From Clostridiaceae bacterium (GTDB lineage: Bacteria > Bacillota > Clostridia > Saccharofermentanales > DTU023), in the NCBI GenBank assembly GCA_012839385.1, contig DUNL01000107.1, positions 1,593 through 65,592 of the forward strand: a DNA stretch of 64,000 nucleotides, given 5' to 3'. Below the pieces are notes generated by a model. The model saw nothing but the letters and a program-made list of their open reading frames with translations. It did not search any database and was not told the origin of the DNA. Below, piece after piece: positions 48,102-56,340 of this stretch (positions within the stretch are counted from its first letter, which is position 1; each line of letters starts with the position of its first letter). The position numbers were made by a program, and so were the translations under genes.

Positions 48102-49130
48102 TTACTCCCGTGACAGTCCATTAATATAATCCATATGAACTTTTGACCATAGCCCCGGAGCGCCACCGGTATGAACAAAAATTACTGTATCCTCAGCGGT
48201 AGCCTCTTGTTCCAAAAAAGTCAAAAGCGCTCTGCCGGCCTTGCCGGTATAACATGGGTCCAGGATAATCGCCTCATTAGCCGCGAATTCATTAATAGCG
48301 GCAAAAGTCTTCCCATCCGGCATATTGTAGCCTATACCGCTAAAGGGAGCATCTTCCGGACCATAATCAATTTCATAATTACGAGATAATGTAAGCATGT
48401 CTTTGCTACCTATGAGTTCAATAGCAGCCTGTATAAGGTTATCGGTACGCTCTACTATATTCATCTCTCCGGGTGGGAAAACAGGAATACCTCTGATCTG
48501 AAGATTACGCATACCGAACAATTGGGCGCCCAAAGAAATTCCGGCCAAAGTACCGGCTGATCCAACAGCCACAAAGAGATGAGAAGGATCAATATTATTA
48601 GCTTTTATTTGTTCGGCGAGTTCCGCCATCATAACAATATAGCCAAGCGTGCCGAGACCATTACTTCCGCCCATGGGAATAATGAAAACTTTATGGCCCA
48701 GAGCCTCGTATTCAGACACAATTTCTTCAACATACTCTCTTTTGTTTCTAGTACCTACAAAGCGTAAATCCGCTTGCAAGAATTTGTCAAGCAACAGATT
48801 ACCGCTAAAACAATCCGGTTTTTCTCCATCCAAGACCAGAATTGATTTCAGGCCGTAAACTGTAGCGACCGCGGCAGTTAACCTACCATGATTGGTCTGA
48901 GGCCCACCAAAAGTTAGCAATGTATCCGCGCCTTCATTCAAGGCCGCGCGTAAATGGAATTCCAGCTTTCTAATCTTATTTCCACCTAACGCGATATCCG
49001 TCAGGTCATCTCTCTTAATCCAAAGCGAAGGGACAGCGTATTTTTTCCCTAAGCGCGACAATTGCTGAAACGGTGTGGGAAAATTCCCAATACGTATTCT
49101 TTGTCCCAAGACCTCCGCGTACTTACTCAT
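48102..49130 (-). CDS. ACC deaminase / D-cysteine desulfhydrase-family PLP-dependent enzyme
   Basis: Tryptophan-synthase-beta fold with the PLP-lysine motif LGGNKIRKLEF and a glycine loop region GSAGTLAG. The start is probably ATG 49130 (GGAGGT SD 5 nt upstream); the track starts at TTG 49142. Confidence 0.85.
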   Translation of the reverse strand: MSKYAEVLGQRIRIGNFPTPFQQLSRLGKKYAVPSLWIKRDDLTDIALGGNKIRKLEFHLRAALNEGADTLLTFGGPQTNHGRLTAAVATVYGLKSILVLDGEKPDCFSGNLLLDKFLQADLRFVGTRNKREYVEEIVSEYEALGHKVFIIPMGGSNGLGTLGYIVMMAELAEQIKANNIDPSHLFVAVGSAGTLAGISLGAQLFGMRNLQIRGIPVFPPGEMNIVERTDNLIQAAIELIGSKDMLTLSRNYEIDYGPEDAPFSGIGYNMPDGKTFAAINEFAANEAIILDPCYTGKAGRALLTFLEQEATAEDTVIFVHTGGAPGLWSKVHMDYINGLSRE

Positions 49131-49369
49131 CAATACCTCCAACTCCTACCTGGCTATTAATCCAAACCACAACCATCGACAAATCAATAAAACTATGGGC
49201 TACGGATCAATATTTATTTTCTAAGACTGCCAATGATTATAGCACTTATAAACGGATCAAATGAAAGCTTACTGTAAAGACAAAACACCTGCGGCTACTT
49301 GACTGAGTTATAATAACAGATAGAAAACCGGACGTCTAAAGAAGTAATTGTCAAAATGAGGGGGTAAGA

Positions 49370-49990
49370 TTGCCAGTAAGCAATAAAAATAAAGTCGGGT
49401 TATATATTCTAATCCTGTTGTCTATTTGTATATTAATTGGCAGCTTATTTGTGATCGCCGGATGCTATAAAGAGAAAGACTCTATTGACTCTGTCTTTAC
49501 TCATCCTCCAGTAGTTCAGACGCAAAAAGCGACAATTTCCGCTGACGATGTCAACAACGATCTCCCCGCTTGGTGGTTTATGCCGGACAAAGAAAGCTAT
49601 TTCCCGGTCGCGAAAGTTGTAGATGGGGATACTATTGTTGTCAGAATAGATGGTTGGCATCGTAAGCTTCGTCTAATTGGTATTGACGCTCCCGAATCCG
49701 TACATAACGACCCACAAAAAAACACTCCGGAAGGAGAAGAAGCATATAACTTTCTTAATGATCTTATTGCCGGACAGAGCGTACGCTTGGAATATGACAT
49801 TGAGTATCGCGACCGCTTTGAACGAGACCTATGTTATTGTTACCTGCCTGACGGTACTTTTATCAACGAGGCTATTGTTAGAGCAGGTCACGCAAGACTT
49901 ATGACATTACCGCCTAATATTAAATATGTTGAGTTACTGGAGGCTGCTTCGCGAGCGGCCCAGAAGGATAAATTAGGCATCTGGCGCTGA
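49370..49990 (+). CDS. Thermonuclease (SNase-fold) lipoprotein
   Basis: Signal peptide with lipobox VIAGC. SNase motifs DGDTIVV, RLIGIDAPE and the C-terminal KLGIW. Confidence 0.85.
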   Translation: MPVSNKNKVGLYILILLSICILIGSLFVIAGCYKEKDSIDSVFTHPPVVQTQKATISADDVNNDLPAWWFMPDKESYFPVAKVVDGDTIVVRIDGWHRKLRLIGIDAPESVHNDPQKNTPEGEEAYNFLNDLIAGQSVRLEYDIEYRDRFERDLCYCYLPDGTFINEAIVRAGHARLMTLPPNIKYVELLEAASRAAQKDKLGIWR

Positions 49991-50053
49991 CAAATTAAAG
50001 CAGTCAAAATTAATTCAGCGCCGGAAATATTTTAGAAAAACAGGAAAATAATA

Positions 50054-50746
50054 TTGCGCGTATTAATAATTGAAGATGAAAAAAAACTTGCTTTGGCTCT
50101 GGTAGAAATTCTACGCTCCGAGCAGATAGAGACCGATGTCGCTTATGACGGTAAACAGGGCTTAGATGACGCTCTGTCCGGTATTTACGATGCCATTATC
50201 CTGGATCTGATGCTACCTGCTTTGGATGGTATGGAAGTTTTATCTCAGCTTAGAGCTGCTAAGCTCGATACTCCGGTATTAATCTTGACGGCCAAAAGCT
50301 CATTGGACAGTAAAGTTGAAGGCTTGGACAGTGGTGCTGATTACTATCTGACAAAGCCGTTTGAAAAGGAAGAACTTATCGCCGTTTTACGTGCCATTTC
50401 AAGACGTAGTGGGAAAATACAGCCACATATTTTGAGCTACGGTGATCTCACGCTAGACAGGAGAAACTTTACCATATCTTCCGGCGATATAGAGATAAGT
50501 CTCGCTTCGCGCGAGTTTCAGGTCATGGAATTGCTACTGATAAATAGAGATCAGATCAGCGCTAAAGAATACATTCTGGTCAAGGTCTGGGGTACAGAAT
50601 CAGAAGCGGTGGAAAACCATGTCGAGGTCTATATCTCTTTCCTACGTCGTAAACTGAGACGACTTAATTCCAAAGTTGAGATCAGAGTTAGGCGTGGTCT
50701 CGGCTACTATTTGTACTATCAGGAAACAGAGAGAACACAAGCATGA
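50054..50746 (+). CDS. OmpR/PhoB-family response regulator
   Basis: Receiver domain (DLMLP phospho-Asp context, LTAK) plus a winged-helix trans_reg_C domain (VEVYISFLRRKL). TTG start. Confidence 0.92.
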   Translation: MRVLIIEDEKKLALALVEILRSEQIETDVAYDGKQGLDDALSGIYDAIILDLMLPALDGMEVLSQLRAAKLDTPVLILTAKSSLDSKVEGLDSGADYYLTKPFEKEELIAVLRAISRRSGKIQPHILSYGDLTLDRRNFTISSGDIEISLASREFQVMELLLINRDQISAKEYILVKVWGTESEAVENHVEVYISFLRRKLRRLNSKVEIRVRRGLGYYLYYQETERTQA

Positions 50747-52047
50747 CTCTTTCTTCAAAACAACAGACAAAACATAATACGACACAAAAATTAGCCCTTA
50801 AGCGTCTTCGTCGCAGATTCATCTTGTTAGCGACAAGTATTGTGACACTATCATTGCTACTTGCTTTCGCCCTGCATTTGTTGATTTACTGGCAACAGCA
50901 ATCAAGGATCGCTTATCAGACTTTAGAGCTGGCTTTAGCCAAGGATACTATTTCACGACGCGTAATTCCCGATTGGCCCGGCACCAAAGGCCAAGAACAG
51001 CGCCTTCACTTGCCTACGCTGATCGTATCAGTGAACCCGGATCACAGCTTGGGAATTGTCAAGAATGAAAATTTTTCTTTTGAGAGTGTTAATAGCCTAA
51101 CAAATCTGGTCAATACAGTTCTCGATAATAATAGAGATCGGGGTTTGCTCTGGAAATGGCGATTAAGATTTCTGCGGACTAAAGAAGCTTCAGGTGCTTT
51201 ACAATTAGGTTTTCTAGACATGTCTAATGAGCTTTCCGCGCTGGCAACGCAGGCCAAATCATATTTGCTAGTGATATTAATAGTCGTGATTATTTTTCCA
51301 ATGATTGCTTATTTGTTGTCACAGCGTATGCTACGACCGATTATTGTAGGTTGGCAGAAACAAAGAGACTTCGTTGAGATGGTATCGCATGAACTAAAGA
51401 CGCCATTGTCCGTTATCAGCGCCGATCTCGATGTGGTACAACAAAGTCCTCTCAGCACCATCAAGGATAATAGCAAGTGGCTGGACGGTATCAGGCAAGA
51501 ACTACGTGTTATGAATACTATGCTTAATCAAATGCTGGATCTGGCGCGACTCGAGGATCAGCCCCGGATCTCAGAAAAAGAAGTCGTTGATCTGACCAAA
51601 TTAGCTGATGATGTAGTATCCGATCTGGAAAGTCTGGCCTTTGAACACGGTAAACCTATTGCGTATACTTACGACACTAATCATCAGATCAGAGCTAACA
51701 GCGCGGAGATCAGGCAATTAATACTCATCCTGCTCGACAATGCTCTTAAATTCGGTGATAAGCGACAAATGATAAATCTAGATATTAGAAGAGAGCTACT
51801 TGAGGGGCAGGAAGCTATAACGTTAACCGTAAGCAATAGAGGCGAAGCCATCCCTGCTAAAGAGCGGGATTTGATTTTCCAACGTTTCTACAGGGGCTCC
51901 CAACATAGACAAAAAGGGATTGCAGGTTCGGGACTGGGACTTGCGATCGCCAAGGCGATCACAGACCGTAATCTAGCTGAGATCAATGTTTACAGCGATG
52001 ATAATATGACTAAATTTCAAGTTGTTTTCCCCTACCATGAGATTTGA
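50743..52047 (+). CDS. Sensor histidine kinase
   Basis: Two TM helices flank a roughly 130-aa extracytoplasmic loop. H-box SHELKTPLS, N and G boxes (LDNALKF, GSGLGLAI). Overlaps the RR gene by 4 nt. Confidence 0.9.
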   Translation: MTLSSKQQTKHNTTQKLALKRLRRRFILLATSIVTLSLLLAFALHLLIYWQQQSRIAYQTLELALAKDTISRRVIPDWPGTKGQEQRLHLPTLIVSVNPDHSLGIVKNENFSFESVNSLTNLVNTVLDNNRDRGLLWKWRLRFLRTKEASGALQLGFLDMSNELSALATQAKSYLLVILIVVIIFPMIAYLLSQRMLRPIIVGWQKQRDFVEMVSHELKTPLSVISADLDVVQQSPLSTIKDNSKWLDGIRQELRVMNTMLNQMLDLARLEDQPRISEKEVVDLTKLADDVVSDLESLAFEHGKPIAYTYDTNHQIRANSAEIRQLILILLDNALKFGDKRQMINLDIRRELLEGQEAITLTVSNRGEAIPAKERDLIFQRFYRGSQHRQKGIAGSGLGLAIAKAITDRNLAEINVYSDDNMTKFQVVFPYHEI

Positions 52048-52117
52048 ATAGAGATCGCGTTTGCAGCCTACCGGGTTACTAGTTACAATATATTTACTAT
52101 TTTTGCCGGGAGTATCA

Positions 52118-52630
52118 ATGAGGATAGCCAAGTTAGAATTCAAAAAATCTTTTTTATCAATTGCGGCCCTCTGGGTGAGTGGAAATATTTTTCTCCTGGC
52201 AGTATGGCGCTATTTCCTCGTAAAGCGTCGAGAAGATCTCAGTTTAAAGGAGCTGGTAAAAGAAAACGACGCTCCACCTCAACTAAATAAAGAAATTCTA
52301 ATCAATCTAAACCAATCCTATAGTCAGCAACTGTTAATCGGTAGCTTGATTATTTTAGCTCTGACTTTGTTACTAATCTTCTTTTTCCGGAAATATCTAG
52401 TTGAGAATCTGACACTTAACCATGTTCTGGTCAGGACAGCTATGACTCTGGGTACTCTCACTATCGGCAGATGGCTGGTGAGCAGACTGTCAGAATATTC
52501 TTTAGCAATAGCTCTGCTCGTAGTTATCGTATTTTTAGCGCTCATCTACTATTTGCGACAGTTCCTGTACAAACTGGAACAAAAACTGCGATCCGGTCAG
52601 ATCAACTCCGGTCAAGAAGATCCGGAATAA
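52118..52630 (+). CDS. Small polytopic membrane protein, unknown function
   Basis: About 170 aa from ATG 52118 (GGGAG SD) with about 4 TM segments, directly downstream of the kinase gene. Confidence 0.5.
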   Translation: MRIAKLEFKKSFLSIAALWVSGNIFLLAVWRYFLVKRREDLSLKELVKENDAPPQLNKEILINLNQSYSQQLLIGSLIILALTLLLIFFFRKYLVENLTLNHVLVRTAMTLGTLTIGRWLVSRLSEYSLAIALLVVIVFLALIYYLRQFLYKLEQKLRSGQINSGQEDPE

Positions 52631-52645
52631 CGACTATTTATTAGT

Positions 52646-54490
52646 CTATAGTTTCTTTGTATTCAGGGCTCGGAAGGAATTGAGAATTGCCAATACCGCG
52701 ACACCGACATCGGCAAAAATAGCTGCCCACATTGTTACCATTCCCAATGCGCTTAACAACAGCACCAGAACTTTTACTCCGATTGAAAATACCACATTCT
52801 GACGAGCAATATTCAAGGTTTTGCGCGAGATGCGAATCGCGGTAGGTATCTTAGATATCTCATCAGTCATAATTACAATGTCGGCGGCTTCAATGGCGGC
52901 ATCAGAGCCTAGCGCCCCCATAGCGATACCTATATCCGCTCTGGCCAAAACAGGCGCGTCGTTAATACCATCGCCGACAAAGGCTAACCTACTGCCGGTT
53001 GTTTTTCGTGACAGCAATCTTTCTACTTCCGCTACTTTACCCATTGGCAGTAAGTCAGCTATTACTTCATTAATACCAAGCCGGGTACCAATTTGATCTG
53101 CTGTAGACTGATTGTCGCCTGTTAGGAGGACTAATTTCTTAATACCTTCCCGCTTCAAATCATCAATCGCCCCGCCAGCGTCATCTTTAATCTGATCTGA
53201 AATGACAATATTCCCCACATACTCCCCGTCAATGGCCAGATAGACAACGGTACCGTTAATCGCGCTCGGCGCGTGGGGTATATTATGTCGCTTTAGCCAG
53301 CGAGAATTACCGGCAATAACCAGTTGACCATCAAAAAAACCTTTGACACCATGTCCGGCCAACTCCTCTACCCCGCTTAGCCGTGAGGAATCTATATTTT
53401 TGCCATAGGAGCGCTGTAAGGATTCTGAGATGGGATGACTAGAAAAACTCTCTATATATGCCGCCGTCTCTAAGAGACCATCAGCGCTGATAGTTTGAGA
53501 ATTAATTTCCGCTACGTCGAAGACTCCCTTCGTCAGAGTTCCTGTTTTGTCCATAACCATAATGTCAGTCTTCGCTAAAGCTTCCAGATAATTACTGCCC
53601 TTAATCAAAATTCCACGCCGCGAAGCTCCTCCTATGCCACCAAAAAAACTTAGCGGGATTGAAATCACCAGAGCGCAAGGACAGGAAACCACCAAAAAAG
53701 TGAGAGCTCTGTAAAACCAAGTACTGAAAGTTCCCGCGCCCGGTATTAAGGGAGGCACTACCGCCAACAATACGGCCAGCCCCACTACGATAGGCGTATA
53801 GTAACGGGCAAATCTAGTAATAAATTGTTCGGATTGTGACTTTTTGCTGCTGGCATTCTCTACCAAATCCAAGATTTTGCTAACGGTTGATTCCCCAAAT
53901 TTCTTATCTACCTTAACCTCAATCGTACCCCTAAGATTAATGAAACCACTGAGGATCTCCTCACCCACAGTAAGCGCTCTCGGTACCGATTCTCCTGTCA
54001 AGGCGGAAGTATCAACATAAGTAGAACCATCAACCACTGTGCCGTCCAGAGGAACTTTTTCTCCTACTTTAACAACTATGACATCCCCTATCTCCACCAC
54101 AGCGGGATCAACACGCGCCAAACCGGTGTCACTCTTAAGATTGGCGTAGTCCAGCCTTATATTCATCAGCTCCGCTATTGACTTTCTCGACTTGCCTACA
54201 GCATAACTCTCGAAGAGTTCTCCGATCTGATAAAAAAGCATGACAGCAACGCCCTCCGGATATTCTCCAATGGCGATCGCGCCGAAAGTAGCTATGGTCA
54301 TCAGCAAGTTCTCATCTAAGGGACGTAAGGAAAGAATACCGTTCAGCGCCTCTAAAATGACCCGGAAGCCCACAATCAGATAGGCAAGTAAGAATAGAAC
54401 GATAGCGACAGTTTCATGCAGATTTCTAACGATAAAAGCCAATATAATCAAAAACAGAGCGACAATTATACGCCACAAATTTTGTTTCAT
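52646..54490 (-). CDS. cadA: Heavy-metal (Cd/Zn/Co-type) P1B-type ATPase without an N-terminal HMA domain
   Basis: 614 aa. CPC in TM6 (VSCPCALVISIP), DKTGTLT, GDGINDAP. The protein starts directly with TM helices. The substrate call is tentative. Confidence 0.88.
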   Translation of the reverse strand: MKQNLWRIIVALFLIILAFIVRNLHETVAIVLFLLAYLIVGFRVILEALNGILSLRPLDENLLMTIATFGAIAIGEYPEGVAVMLFYQIGELFESYAVGKSRKSIAELMNIRLDYANLKSDTGLARVDPAVVEIGDVIVVKVGEKVPLDGTVVDGSTYVDTSALTGESVPRALTVGEEILSGFINLRGTIEVKVDKKFGESTVSKILDLVENASSKKSQSEQFITRFARYYTPIVVGLAVLLAVVPPLIPGAGTFSTWFYRALTFLVVSCPCALVISIPLSFFGGIGGASRRGILIKGSNYLEALAKTDIMVMDKTGTLTKGVFDVAEINSQTISADGLLETAAYIESFSSHPISESLQRSYGKNIDSSRLSGVEELAGHGVKGFFDGQLVIAGNSRWLKRHNIPHAPSAINGTVVYLAIDGEYVGNIVISDQIKDDAGGAIDDLKREGIKKLVLLTGDNQSTADQIGTRLGINEVIADLLPMGKVAEVERLLSRKTTGSRLAFVGDGINDAPVLARADIGIAMGALGSDAAIEAADIVIMTDEISKIPTAIRISRKTLNIARQNVVFSIGVKVLVLLLSALGMVTMWAAIFADVGVAVLAILNSFRALNTKKL

Positions 54491-54864
54491 TCAGTTTCCT
54501 CACCGTAGATATGACATATATGATCTAAACCTTGGTCTATAATCATCCGCACATGGTCGTCATCAGGAGCATAAAATACAGTTTTACCTTCACGTCGACT
54601 CTTGACTAACTTAGCCTGCTTTAAAACCCGCAACTGATGGGAAATGGCAGACTGAGTCATATTCAGCAGATAAGCGATATCACAAACACATAACTCCTGG
54701 ATCTCAATTGCTTTCAAAATCCGGATTCTGGTCGAATCGCCGATAACCTTAAACAATTCAGCTAATTCAAATAGCTGTTCTTCCGGCGGCATACCTGCCC
54801 TCGCCCGTTCTACCGACTCTTCATGTATGGCTTCTATTTCGCAACCACCGCTACTGGTACACAT
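54487..54864 (-). CDS. cadC: ArsR/SmtB-family metalloregulator (CadC-like)
   Basis: From ATG 54864 (AAGGGGAGAG SD): N-terminal cysteines MCTSSGGCE, the ELCVCD metal site and a winged HTH (LSHQLRVLKQAKLV). The stop overlaps the ATPase start by 4 nt. The track ORF extension to 54993 runs through its own promoter. Confidence 0.85.
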   Translation of the reverse strand: MCTSSGGCEIEAIHEESVERARAGMPPEEQLFELAELFKVIGDSTRIRILKAIEIQELCVCDIAYLLNMTQSAISHQLRVLKQAKLVKSRREGKTVFYAPDDDHVRMIIDQGLDHICHIYGEETE

Positions 54865-54934
54865 ATCTCTCTCCCCTTTATCACAATTCACAAGGCCACA
54901 AAAATGACATATTTTTGAGACTACTATAGGCCCT

Positions 54935-54958
54935 ACATATGAACAGTTGTTCATATGT
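54935..54958. promoter_or_regulatory. Perfect 11-2-11 inverted repeat, probable ArsR/CadC operator
   Basis: ACATATGAACA-GT-TGTTCATATGT lies just downstream of the predicted -10 and resembles remembered SmtB/CzrA/CadC 12-2-12 operators with TGAACA/TGTTCA half-sites. Confidence 0.7.
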
Positions 54959-54961
54959 TCA

Positions 54962-54990
54962 AGTATAGAGCCCTTCCCTCTTGTTGTCAA
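54962..54990 (-). promoter_or_regulatory. Sigma-70-type promoter of cadC-cadA
   Basis: On the minus strand: TTGACA (54990-54985), a 17-nt spacer, then TATACT (54967-54962). Confidence 0.6.
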
Positions 54991-55097
54991 CATTTTGTCG
55001 AACGCTACCGATTTTACTACCGCTGGCCTTGATTCTTTCCGGCGCTTTAACTATGATTGGCAAATAACAAGGCATATCTTGTCATCGCGGGAGGACT

Positions 55098-55808
55098 ATG
55101 GAGAAGCAAAATTCTGCCTATAAAAGAGGGTTAATCTCCGGTATACCTATAGCCCTAGGCTATTTCGCCGTAGCGCTTACCTTCGGTATTTATGCTGTAG
55201 CGGGTGGCTTTACTCCTCTCCAGGCAACTATCACTTCCCTCACTAATCTGTCTTCTACAGGTCAGTTAGCTGGTGTAAATATCCTATCTCAATTAGGTGG
55301 TTATCTGGAATTGGCAACAGCGGTTTTCATCATTAATCTGCGCTATATGCTTATGTCTTTTTCTCTGGCGACTAAAGTAGATCTAAAGCTACCTACGCCC
55401 AAAAGATTAGTGATCAGTTTCGGCATTACCGACGAAATCTATGCACTGGCCAGTCTAGAAAAAGGTGTGTTGGATGAGCATTTCTTCTTCGGTCTAATGA
55501 CTTTACCGATTCTGGGCTGGACTACCGGCACATTGGTTGGTTCCTCCCTGGGGCCAATTCTGCCTCCCCTCGTATCAAGCGCCTTCGGCATAGCAATTTA
55601 TTGCATGTTTATCGCAATAATCGTACCGCCGTCCCGCGGTAACACGAAAATATTGTTGGTAATTCTGGCAAGCATCACGCTTAATCTGTTATTTATTAAA
55701 TTACCTTTTCTGAGCAAATTAGCTGTCGGCTGGCGACTGACAATCGTGTCCATCATCATAGCAGGTATCGCGGCCATGATCTGGCCTAAGGAGACGGTCG
55801 ATGAATGA
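55098..55808 (+). CDS. azlC: AzlC-family branched-chain amino acid exporter subunit
   Basis: 236 aa polytopic protein with an AzlC-like N-terminus (GIPIALGYFAVALTFG), paired with azlD and overlapping it by 8 nt. Confidence 0.85.
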   Translation: MEKQNSAYKRGLISGIPIALGYFAVALTFGIYAVAGGFTPLQATITSLTNLSSTGQLAGVNILSQLGGYLELATAVFIINLRYMLMSFSLATKVDLKLPTPKRLVISFGITDEIYALASLEKGVLDEHFFFGLMTLPILGWTTGTLVGSSLGPILPPLVSSAFGIAIYCMFIAIIVPPSRGNTKILLVILASITLNLLFIKLPFLSKLAVGWRLTIVSIIIAGIAAMIWPKETVDE

Positions 55809-56118
55809 GGACAGGATTTTTATTGGTCTTATCGTGATGGCGACCACAACATATTTACCGCGAGTATTACCCATGCTGTTGTTAAGAAGACCGATCCGAA
55901 ATCTCAGGCTGTTGGCTTTCTTTGAATATGTACCTTTCGCGGTAATTGCCGCTATGGCTTTCCCGGATATATTTTACTCCACGGCATCATTACCTTCTGC
56001 TTTGATCGGCGCTACTATAGCCTTGATTTTAGCCTGGTTTCGCAATTCATTATTTACGGTAGCGCTGGGAGGCATGGCCGGAGTAATACTGACCGAGCTG
56101 ATTCAAACTTGGCTCTGA
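55801..56118 (+). CDS. azlD: AzlD-family small membrane subunit
   Basis: 105 aa with 3-4 TM, in the typical azlCD arrangement. Confidence 0.8.
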   Translation: MNEDRIFIGLIVMATTTYLPRVLPMLLLRRPIRNLRLLAFFEYVPFAVIAAMAFPDIFYSTASLPSALIGATIALILAWFRNSLFTVALGGMAGVILTELIQTWL

Positions 56119-56249
56119 GACTTAATCTAGATGTTTCTAATAGATAATTTAAAAGTTATTAAATAGAATTCTTCCATAGGGCTTTGTCTTGGAATGTTAA
56201 TCCTTTATCCATCAGCTCTAACAGCATTATTCGCGAGCAATTAAGCAGG

Positions 56250-56278
56250 TTGACAAAATCAGATAAAGTATATAATGT
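56250..56278 (+). promoter_or_regulatory. Putative promoter of the ATP-grasp gene
   Basis: TTGACA (56250-56255) followed by TATAAT (56271-56276, 15-nt spacer) or TAATGT (56273-56278, 17-nt spacer). Confidence 0.4.
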
Positions 56279-56340
56279 AATCTAGCTTAGACATAAACAC
56301 CAAGAAATGAGTGTTGTCAGATTAGAGGAATAGAAAATAT

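Noticed and set aside
54865-54993. 43-codon N-terminal extension of the ArsR-family ORF as given in the track
   Set aside because: It would translate through the gene's own -35, -10 and operator palindrome. ATG 54864 has a strong SD and yields a typical-length CadC-like protein.
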